From: Patescibacteria group bacterium
GTDB taxonomy: Bacteria; Patescibacteriota; Patescibacteriia; GWA2-46-9
Length of the DNA stretch: 64,000 nt
Direction: 5' to 3'
Assembly: GCA_041675205.1 (NCBI GenBank)
Contig: JBAYUF010000002.1
Coordinates: 1,731 to 65,730, forward strand
Positions 56,567 through 64,000 of the stretch are shown one piece after another; position 1 is the first letter of the stretch, and every line of letters starts with the position of its first letter. Both the position numbers and the translations under genes were made by a program. The notes beneath the pieces were generated by a model that made no database searches, was not told the origin of the DNA, and was given only the letters and a program-made list of their open reading frames with translations.

Positions 56567-56720
56567 ATTGTAGAGAGAGGGGAATCGAATACCACAGGTA
56601 CTTCCTTCGGTCGCGGGGAACAGCTGGCGGTGAGGAGTGTCTGAAGGTATCCATTACGTCGTATGACGGCTGAATTATGAACAGCTTTCCTACTGCTTCG
56701 TCCTAGGGTAAAGTAAAAAT

Positions 56721-57818
56721 ATGGCTGCACACAAAAAACTTACCGTCCTCCTTCTTTTTGGCGGCAAATCAACGGAGCATGAAGTATCCGTTGTTTCCGC
56801 CCGGGGTATTTATAATGCTCTTGATAAGAATAAGTACGATGTCGTGTTGGCCGGAATTGACCACGATGGCCGCTGGCAGCTTCAGGGGGGTGCGGAGCGT
56901 ATGCTCCTCGAGGGCAGCGTTGAACAAGCTGGTGGTACGCAGGTTTTACCCACAGCGCTTAATGGTGGGTTAACTCTGCGTGGTGCAACTGATGGGGATA
57001 CGCATAAAATTGATGTTGTTTTCCCTATCATCCACGGCACGGGCGGTGAGGATGGGACGTTGCAAGGTCTTCTGGAGCTTATCGAAGTGCCCTACGTTGG
57101 CTGCGGTGTCTTGGGTTCAGCGGTTGGTATGGACAAGGACGTTGCGAAACGACTCGTGGCTGCGGCAGGCATTCCCGTTGCTCGAACAATAGTTGTACGA
57201 CCACACACGCACATAAGCCAAGCAGTTCGCGACTTCACGGCAACTGTTGGTTTTCCGGTTTTTGTTAAACCGGCTAGTCTTGGCTCTTCGGTGGGAGTTG
57301 TGAAAGTTGCCGATGCTGAAAATCTTCAGCAAGCGATTGAGGCTGCCTTTTTTTATGACACGAAGGTTTTAATAGAAGAGGGCATTGTGGGACGTGAGAT
57401 TGAGGTGGCAGTACTTGGAAACGATGTTCCTGAAGCCTCGGTTCCAGGAGAGGTAACTCCAACGCATGATTTCTATTCTTACGAAGCGAAGTATATTGAT
57501 GAGGCAGGAGCGGCATTGCAAATTCCGGCGGCGCTTACGAAAGCGGAGCAGCAGGAAGCGCAGCGGTTAGCGTGTAAGATTTTTCAAACATTAGAATTGT
57601 CAGGAATGGCGCGAGTGGATTTTTTCTACACTCCTAGTGGCACATGGGTCTTTAACGAGGTGAATACAGCGCCAGGGTTTACACCAATCAGTATGTACCC
57701 GAAGTTGTGGGAATGTTCTGGTCTCCCGTATCCACAACTTCTCGATCGGTTGATTGAATTAGCGCGGCAACGGTACGAAGTGCGGCGAGCGGTGCAGCGA
57801 AAGTTTAAAATCTCTTGA
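56721..57818 (+). CDS. ddl: D-alanine--D-alanine ligase
   Basis: GGKSTEHEVS, HG..GEDG.LQG, GSSVG, FYSYEAKY and NEVNT.PGFT..SMYP motifs. Confidence 0.96.
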   Translation: MAAHKKLTVLLLFGGKSTEHEVSVVSARGIYNALDKNKYDVVLAGIDHDGRWQLQGGAERMLLEGSVEQAGGTQVLPTALNGGLTLRGATDGDTHKIDVVFPIIHGTGGEDGTLQGLLELIEVPYVGCGVLGSAVGMDKDVAKRLVAAAGIPVARTIVVRPHTHISQAVRDFTATVGFPVFVKPASLGSSVGVVKVADAENLQQAIEAAFFYDTKVLIEEGIVGREIEVAVLGNDVPEASVPGEVTPTHDFYSYEAKYIDEAGAALQIPAALTKAEQQEAQRLACKIFQTLELSGMARVDFFYTPSGTWVFNEVNTAPGFTPISMYPKLWECSGLPYPQLLDRLIELARQRYEVRRAVQRKFKIS

Positions 57819-57898
57819 CACGGTATTCCGCCAGAGTATTCTAGCGATAATGGTAATTCGTGTGGTGGGCAACGTGCCCACCGCTTTCAATAAAAAAT

Positions 57899-59311
57899 AT
57901 GATTTTCGTAAATAACGCAAAACTGTTCTTGCAGCGTTTTAAGATGGTACTGATTGGTGCCACAGTATTTTGGGGGCATAGTGTTTTTGCCAGTTCGGGA
58001 GCGGTGCCCGAAGGTGCAAATATCGCAACTGTTTTTTTATGGATTGCCATCCTGCTACTCGCCGCGAAGTTTTCAGGATTCGTGGCAGCGTTCGGTCAAC
58101 CGGCGGTTCTCGGGGAGCTCCTCATCGGTGTTTTCCTTGGTAACCTGGCGCTTATTGGTATTAATTTTTTTGAGCCAATTGCCCAAAACGAGATAATTCA
58201 TTTTCTTGCCGAACTGGGTGTCGTTATTTTGCTGTTTCAGATTGGGCTAGAATCCAATATTGCCGAGATGCAACGGACTGGTCCGCGAGCTGTGATTGTT
58301 GCCGTTGTTGGTGTCATAGTGCCCTTCGTCCTGGGGACATACGTCGTCGGTCCTTGGCTTTTCCCGGAACTTAGTCTGAATGCTCATCTTTTCCTTGGCG
58401 CGACGTTGACCGCCACCTCCGTAGGTATAACTGGCCGGGTATTTAAAGATCTTCATTTCATCAAGGAACCTGAAGCGCAAATTGTGCTTGGCGCGGCTGT
58501 AATCGATGATGTGCTGGGTCTCATCATTTTGGCCATTGTTTCGGCAATTGTGACGCTTGGCGCCGTCAGCTTTGGCGCCGTCAGCTTCATCATTGGAAAG
58601 GCCGTCCTTTTCCTTGTTGGGGCAATTGTCGTCGGGCAGCTTGCTGCTCCGAGAATTGGCCGACTCTTCTCCCTAATAAGCACAGGAGTCGGAATGAAAT
58701 TTACTTTGGCAGTATCCTTTGGTCTCGTATTTTCCTATTTGGCGAGCGCGATTGGTCTAGCACCGATTGTTGGTGCGTTTGCTGCCGGATTAATTTTAGA
58801 TTCGGTACATTTTCAATACTTCAAAGATCCGAAGGTTATTCGAGACGTACGAAAATATATTGCTGGGTGTGATGAAACTACTAGGGTGGGCATCGAAGCA
58901 ATCATTGAGCCACACGCAAAGCGCCATTTAGATTCTATTGTCGAACCAGTAGGGTATCTCGTCGTCCCAATTTTTTTCGTGGTTACCGGTATGAACGTTA
59001 ATGTGGCTACCTTCACAAATCCGCGACTGCTCGTGCTCGCACTCGCCGTAACAGTTGTCGCGTTTATTGGTAAATTAGCAGCCGGCTTGGTTGCTGGCCC
59101 CGTCCGCAAACTCATTGTCGGTTTTGGTATGGTGCCGCGTGGTGAGGTTGGGCTTATCTTTGCCACTGTGGGGAGAAGCTTGGGCGTCGTTTCTGAAGAT
59201 GTTTACTCGGTTATTGTTATTATGGTTATAGTGACCACGATTTTTACACCTCCAATTTTAACTCGTCTCATAAAACAACACTCAACCGAACCGGTGGTGA
59301 GTGGTAAATAG
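57899..59311 (+). CDS. Cation:proton antiporter (CPA2/NapA family)
   Basis: ATSVGIT, GAAVIDD, IVGAFAAG and GMVPRGEVG motifs; start uncertain. Confidence 0.92.
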   Translation: MIFVNNAKLFLQRFKMVLIGATVFWGHSVFASSGAVPEGANIATVFLWIAILLLAAKFSGFVAAFGQPAVLGELLIGVFLGNLALIGINFFEPIAQNEIIHFLAELGVVILLFQIGLESNIAEMQRTGPRAVIVAVVGVIVPFVLGTYVVGPWLFPELSLNAHLFLGATLTATSVGITGRVFKDLHFIKEPEAQIVLGAAVIDDVLGLIILAIVSAIVTLGAVSFGAVSFIIGKAVLFLVGAIVVGQLAAPRIGRLFSLISTGVGMKFTLAVSFGLVFSYLASAIGLAPIVGAFAAGLILDSVHFQYFKDPKVIRDVRKYIAGCDETTRVGIEAIIEPHAKRHLDSIVEPVGYLVVPIFFVVTGMNVNVATFTNPRLLVLALAVTVVAFIGKLAAGLVAGPVRKLIVGFGMVPRGEVGLIFATVGRSLGVVSEDVYSVIVIMVIVTTIFTPPILTRLIKQHSTEPVVSGK

Positions 59312-59321
59312 GAAGGAGAAA

Positions 59322-59350
59322 TTGCCAAGCCTGGCGGGCTGTACTAGGAT
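59322..59350 (+). promoter_or_regulatory. Putative mgtE promoter
   Basis: TTGCCA-N17-TAGGAT. Confidence 0.5.
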
Positions 59351-59412
59351 TGCTTTAGGCACGGGATTTCCCAGCCTCACCCGTGCGGTGAGGCGCTTGT
59401 TATTAAAACTCT

Positions 59413-60774
59413 ATGCATAAATCCCTCAATCGTGTCCAAGATGCACTGCTCAGGTTGATTCGCAATCATGCGCTCAGCTCAGCATTTAATGCAGTGAAAC
59501 AAATGCATCCGGCTGATTTGGCGCAACTGTTGCCGTATCTTCAAGCAAGTGAACAGCAGTGGTTTGCGGAGAGCCTGTTGAAGAGCCGAAAGTTAGCTCG
59601 AGTTATCAGTGAACTTGATGAATCACAAGTTCCAGAGATTTTAGAGCTCATTCCAGAGGACCATTTCATGGCGGCGCTCCAAGAGCTTGATCCGGATGAC
59701 GTCGCAGATTTAATTCATGGATTACCAGAAGAACGGCGGCAACCAGTGTTTGATAAATTAAACGGCACGCAGAAGAAAGCAGTTGGAAAATTGTTAGGCT
59801 ACGCACCAGATACGGCCGGTGGAATCATGACCACTGACCTGTTGTCGATGCAAAGCACTTTAACTGTCGGGGAAGCTATTGCACAGATTCGTGCGTTACC
59901 CAAGGACGCGGCCGAAGAGTACTACAGCATTTATGTGTGTGACGACAATGAGCAACTAGTAGGTGCAGTGACGTTTCGTCAATTGGTGCTGTCTGCTGCG
60001 GACGTAACGCTGGCTGACATCATGGAAGTGGACCCCGTTGCAGTGCGCCCACACGCTAATCAAGAGTTCGTAGCCGATTTAATCGCCCGCTATAATTTAC
60101 TCTCCGTTCCCGTTATAGATGATAACCATCGATTAGTCGGGCGAATTACTGTTGACGACGCTATTGATGTTTTGACCGATGAGGCAACGCAAGATATCTA
60201 CCACCTTGCTAACCTTGGCCAAGAAGACCACGTTTCGACGCCGATTATTATTTCTACTCGCCGTCGTGCCCCATGGTTACTCATTAATTTGGGTACCGCC
60301 GTTTTAGCTGCCGCGACGATTTCACTTTTTTCGGACACCATTGCCCAGTATGTTGTTCTAGCCGCTATGATGCCAATCGTTTCTGGTATGGGTGGTAACG
60401 CTGGTACACAATCACTGACCGTTGTGGTGCGGAGCCTCGCACTCGGTGAAGTTGATTGGAGCCTTGGAATGAAAGTAATCGGGAAAGAGTTGGGCATCGG
60501 TGTTTTGAATGGCATGCTCATTGGTGTTGTTATCGGTCTCTTAACGTTTGCGTGGTATCAGAACATTTGGCTGGCACTTGTTATGTTCTTGGCCATGCTC
60601 GGAAACTTAATTATTGCAGGACTCGTTGGCGCCTTCGTTCCCTTAGTGCTTCGTAAATTGAAGCAAGACCCGGCGCTCGGGTCGAGTATTTTTGTCACAA
60701 CCGCCACAGACGTTGGTGGGTTCTCCCTCTTCCTTGGATTAGCCACCCTGCTCATTAGCCTCATTGTTAAGTAA
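59413..60774 (+). CDS. mgtE: Magnesium transporter MgtE
   Basis: HPAD, TAGGIMT, CBS pair, GGNAGTQ and DPA..S..FVTTATD motifs. Confidence 0.96.
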   Translation: MHKSLNRVQDALLRLIRNHALSSAFNAVKQMHPADLAQLLPYLQASEQQWFAESLLKSRKLARVISELDESQVPEILELIPEDHFMAALQELDPDDVADLIHGLPEERRQPVFDKLNGTQKKAVGKLLGYAPDTAGGIMTTDLLSMQSTLTVGEAIAQIRALPKDAAEEYYSIYVCDDNEQLVGAVTFRQLVLSAADVTLADIMEVDPVAVRPHANQEFVADLIARYNLLSVPVIDDNHRLVGRITVDDAIDVLTDEATQDIYHLANLGQEDHVSTPIIISTRRRAPWLLINLGTAVLAAATISLFSDTIAQYVVLAAMMPIVSGMGGNAGTQSLTVVVRSLALGEVDWSLGMKVIGKELGIGVLNGMLIGVVIGLLTFAWYQNIWLALVMFLAMLGNLIIAGLVGAFVPLVLRKLKQDPALGSSIFVTTATDVGGFSLFLGLATLLISLIVK

Positions 60775-60780
60775 GGTCGT

Positions 60781-61524
60781 ATGTCGGCGTTAGTGGTTAC
60801 GAATTTACAAAAATCTTACAACGGCGTTCCGGCAGTAAACGACGTTTCGTTTTCAATTGCCGAAGGGGAATTTTTTGGTTTCCTTGGTCCGAATGGTGCT
60901 GGGAAAACAACCACCATTGGCTGCATCGCGGGGCTGGTTACTCCAGACTCTGGGAGCATCACTGTTTTTAGTCAGGATGTTGTTACAAATTACCGAGCGG
61001 CACGGGCGTTGGTTGGTTTGTCGCCGCAAGAGTTTAATGTTGATATTTTTCGCTATCCTTTAGAAACACTGATAAGTAACGGAGGTTACTTTGGCATTAC
61101 TGAGGGGGCTGCTAAACTACGCGCCGAAACACTACTGAAGCGGTTTGATTTGTGGGAGCAACGGATGAAGCCATTTCAAAGTTTGTCTGGTGGTATGAAA
61201 CGTCGTGTACTTTTGGCTCGGGCTTTAATGCATAAACCAAAGTTGCTCATTCTCGATGAACCGACGGCGGGAGTGGACGTAGAAATGCGGCACTGGCTCT
61301 GGCAAGAGTTAAAAGATATTCAAGCACAAGGGACAACCATTCTTTTAACAACGCACTACCTAGAAGAAGCAGAACGGCTTTGTGAGCGCGTGGCCATAAT
61401 CGATCATGGAAAGATTGTGCTTATGGAAAAAACAGCTGAGCTACTCGCAAAAGAGGGCCACAAGAAATTGGAAGAAATTTATCTTGACCTCACGCGAACC
61501 GAGGCTAAAGAGAACGGGATATGA
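60781..61524 (+). CDS. ABC-2 type ATP-binding protein (YadG-like)
   Basis: GPNGAGKTT, LSGGMKRR, LDEPTAGVD and TTHYLEEAE motifs. Confidence 0.95.
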   Translation: MSALVVTNLQKSYNGVPAVNDVSFSIAEGEFFGFLGPNGAGKTTTIGCIAGLVTPDSGSITVFSQDVVTNYRAARALVGLSPQEFNVDIFRYPLETLISNGGYFGITEGAAKLRAETLLKRFDLWEQRMKPFQSLSGGMKRRVLLARALMHKPKLLILDEPTAGVDVEMRHWLWQELKDIQAQGTTILLTTHYLEEAERLCERVAIIDHGKIVLMEKTAELLAKEGHKKLEEIYLDLTRTEAKENGI

Positions 61525-62285
61525 ACTGGGTAGGGCTGTATACGTTATACATTCGTGAGTTGCGCAAAACATTTAAGTTAGCGGTGCAGACGGTATTCCC
61601 CCCTATTATTTCCTCACTCCTGTATATTGTTGTCTTTGGCAACATTCTCGGGTCACGAATTGAAAATATACTGCCAGGCGTAAGCTACATTGATTTTATG
61701 ATTCCGGGGTTACTTATGATGAACGTCATCTCTGCCAGTTTTACAAACACTTCTTCATCTATCTACATTGGGAAGTTGCAGAATACACTCTCTGAGCTTC
61801 TTGTTGCACCACTTTCGTACACGGAGATTGTTCTTGGATTTGTGCTCGCCGCCACTACTCGCGGGTTGGTGGTTGGGCTTGGGGTGTATGGCGTAGCCTT
61901 ATTTTTCACAACTGCATCCATTTCTCATTTCTGGGCGTTTCTATTTTTCCTTATCGCTACGTCACTGTTGTTTGCTTCGCTTGGAGGCATCGTCGGATTG
62001 TGGGGGAAATCGTTTGATCACATTAGTCTTCCTAATACATTCATACTGCTCCCACTCTCTTTCTTTGGTGGTGTCTTTCATTCGGTGCGATTACTCCCTG
62101 ACTGGATGGCAACAGTGAGCCACTTCAACCCTATTTTTTATATGGTTAATGGCATTCGTTTTAGCATGATAGGAATAAGTGACGTGAACTCCCTCATTGC
62201 CGCCGCTGTTGTTATTGCCCTAACAATTTTTTCGTTTGCCATGTGCGTTCGTATGTTCCAACGAGGCTACAATTTGAGGTCCTAA
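61521..62285 (+). CDS. ABC-2 type permease (YadH-like)
   Basis: YIDF.IPGL.MM, GGVF.S...LP and NP.FYMVNG.R motifs. Confidence 0.93.
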   Translation: MNWVGLYTLYIRELRKTFKLAVQTVFPPIISSLLYIVVFGNILGSRIENILPGVSYIDFMIPGLLMMNVISASFTNTSSSIYIGKLQNTLSELLVAPLSYTEIVLGFVLAATTRGLVVGLGVYGVALFFTTASISHFWAFLFFLIATSLLFASLGGIVGLWGKSFDHISLPNTFILLPLSFFGGVFHSVRLLPDWMATVSHFNPIFYMVNGIRFSMIGISDVNSLIAAAVVIALTIFSFAMCVRMFQRGYNLRS

Positions 62286-62405
62286 ATTCTACACAAAGCT
62301 GCGTTGCTCATTCTGAACGGCGGTGCTAAGGTACCGCCGTTTGCGTTTTTAGCGTCTATAGAGACGCTCCATGATCATTACCAGAGGAATAAGGAGGAAA
62401 GAACC

Positions 62406-63200
62406 GTGAGAACATTTAAGCTGCCAATGCGACTCTTGGGACTCGGTTCCGGGGGCGGGAGCACGCTCAGGGCCATCAAGTTGGCGACCATGGAAGGCGG
62501 AATCCTTCATGGTCTTGTCGAGTTGGTGTGCGCCGTCGCAACCAACACCAAGGACGCCCTTGGTCTCATCGACAAGCTCACCGCTCTCGGCATGACTGAG
62601 GGGGACAATCTTCTCGTCGTGCCGTACAAGGTGAGTGAGGCGGAACACTGGGGGCGAGTTCTTCTTGAACTCTCTCGTCAGTTCGCGGTGGACCATGTTG
62701 GACTCTACGGTTGCATCCCAACCGTGCCGGAGTCGTGCGTCAGAGCACTCGTTGCCGAGGGCATCCGCGGCACGAACCAGCATCCGGCTCATCCGAAAGC
62801 ATTCGGTGGGCCGGGTATGTTTGGGAAGCGTGTCGTGGCGTCGCAGATCGCGTTCGCCCGTCTCGTGCTACCGCGTGATTTCGTGGCCATGTCAGTTTGC
62901 CAGGATCTCGATCCGTTTGTCGACGAAGGAAGAGTGCTCCACTTTGAGGAGTGCCCAATTTTGCCGGCAGATGACGTGGACTCACTGCAAGCAAGGCTTC
63001 TTCCGACCGAACACTGCGTTCAGATCGAGGCGTTGCGTCGTGCGGCGCAAGGTGAGCTGTTGCCTGTCGATTGTCCCTCGCCGGTGAGGGCAGGAGAAGA
63101 GAGGCGGCTCAACTGGGCCAAAGAAATCGGTTTCATGCTGTACCCCGAGGGACGCCCCTATAAGGAGTGCCTCGCGAGAATGATCGAGCGGCGCCGCTGA
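62406..63200 (+). CDS. purN: Phosphoribosylglycinamide formyltransferase-like protein, divergent
   Basis: GSGGGST, NQHPA (catalytic Asn/His), FGGPGMFG, VDEG and L.ARLL..EH motifs; AAGGAGG SD before GTG. Confidence 0.75.
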   Translation: MRTFKLPMRLLGLGSGGGSTLRAIKLATMEGGILHGLVELVCAVATNTKDALGLIDKLTALGMTEGDNLLVVPYKVSEAEHWGRVLLELSRQFAVDHVGLYGCIPTVPESCVRALVAEGIRGTNQHPAHPKAFGGPGMFGKRVVASQIAFARLVLPRDFVAMSVCQDLDPFVDEGRVLHFEECPILPADDVDSLQARLLPTEHCVQIEALRRAAQGELLPVDCPSPVRAGEERRLNWAKEIGFMLYPEGRPYKECLARMIERRR

Positions 63201-63409
63201 GAAGAAGGAGTAGGACCATTTTCCATGCCGGGACGAGGGTCGCCGACAGCGGCCGGGACATCCTCACGGATAGTGGGCGCGCGTTGACGGTCGTCGGGCG
63301 AGGTGCAAACCTCGATTTCCGTGCGGCGCGTGAAGCCGCTTACCGTCGGGTCAATACGATTCACTGGGATGGTGAGTACCACCGGAACGATATCGCTGCT
63401 GGGCTTTAG
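63167..63409 (+). pseudogene. purD: Isolated C-terminal domain of phosphoribosylamine-glycine ligase
   Basis: IFHAGT...LTDSGRALTVVGRG...AREAAY...IHWDGEYHRNDIA matches GARS_C; N-terminal and ATP-grasp domains absent. Confidence 0.75.
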
Positions 63410-63577
63410 CCCGACAGCAAAATAAAGGAGGTCAGAAGAAACTAAGGAGGGAAAACGGCGTAGCTTAACAGCAGCGCCGTTTTTCCATATTTAAACATTG
63501 CCAGGTGAATCTTCCGGTGTTAAGGTCTCTCGGCTAAAGTTTTGGATTGTCGTTTCACAACCAGTTGAGGGATAGCA

Positions 63578-64000
63578 ATGAATCACATTCAAACTGTATA
63601 CAAGATGCGCCTCGGGATCGATCCTGTTGCCGCTAGTTTGCTACGGAGACTGCAAGGTCTCAATTACTCGGTAATTTCGCTCGCCATCGAGTCGGTAATG
63701 AGGGTTGAGGGCGTCGGCGACGTCCACGCTCTTCTTCCGTTTTTTACTCACCCAATGGTTGAAGTGCCAAGCGTTGCTACGTCTTTGACGAGCACGACGG
63801 CACAAGTGAGAGAGGTGGCGTATAGGCGAGCCATGACCGACCCGGAGTTGGCGTCGCTTCGGCGCACAGCACAGGCGCTTGGTCTGCCTGAGTTTACATG
63901 GGCACGCTGGGCAACAAGATACGCCTTCGAAGGTGTATCGCACGGAGTTGCCGATGAGATCGTCAAGCGGTACTGCATGAACAGTCAGACGCAAGAGATT
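63578..64000 (+). CDS. Hypothetical protein (partial, runs off the window)
   Basis: Open frame from MNHIQTVYKMRLG to the window end; GAGGG SD; promoter TTGCCA-N17-TAAGGT at 63498-63526. Confidence 0.55.
   Translation, partial: MNHIQTVYKMRLGIDPVAASLLRRLQGLNYSVISLAIESVMRVEGVGDVHALLPFFTHPMVEVPSVATSLTSTTAQVREVAYRRAMTDPELASLRRTAQALGLPEFTWARWATRYAFEGVSHGVADEIVKRYCMNSQTQEI

Noticed and set aside
58557-58586. 15-bp tandem duplication in the antiporter gene (LGAVSFGAVSF)
   Set aside because: Small in-frame duplication near a loop; no sign of wider significance.
59312-59412. M-box (ykoK) riboswitch before mgtE
   Set aside because: The intergenic region is only about 100 nt and lacks the M-box architecture.
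63641-63994. Minus-strand ORFs at the window end
   Set aside because: The + strand frame from 63578 has a promoter and SD and stays open to the end, so these are probably shadows.

Overview
64 kb origin-proximal window of a bacterial chromosome using genetic code 11. The gene complement and style suggest Patescibacteria/CPR (inference). Core genes include dnaA-dnaN with a clear oriC unwinding element, rpmH-rnpA-yidD-yidC, rpsA, ftsH, PBP1A, tsaD/tsaE, a PilB-type ATPase, ddl, mgtE, nusA, rnhB and trxA. There are five tRNAs and three parS-like palindromes. The main accessory feature is an ~8.8 kb element (29498-38314) integrated at tRNA-Glu. Its large serine recombinase gene is split by the attachment core: when integrated, the C-terminus is read antisense through the tRNA; excision would splice on an in-frame 36-aa tail stored at the other end and ending in an ssrA-like LAA. 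The element carries a candidate defence operon (ATPase-wHTH, two HEPN-like proteins, trypsin-like protease) and an unannotated, highly structured ~184-nt RNA. To its left lies a ~6.5 kb array of gene cassettes separated by repeated terminator/att-like units, including a second copy of the recombinase tail. Other oddities: anti-T-arm sequences downstream of three tRNAs, a promoter- and terminator-bounded 6S-like RNA, an O-antigen ligase-ASCH fusion, a stand-alone sigma region 4 lacking an HTH helix, and scattered divergent purB/purN/purD cassettes. All calls come from reading the sequence; no database searches were run.
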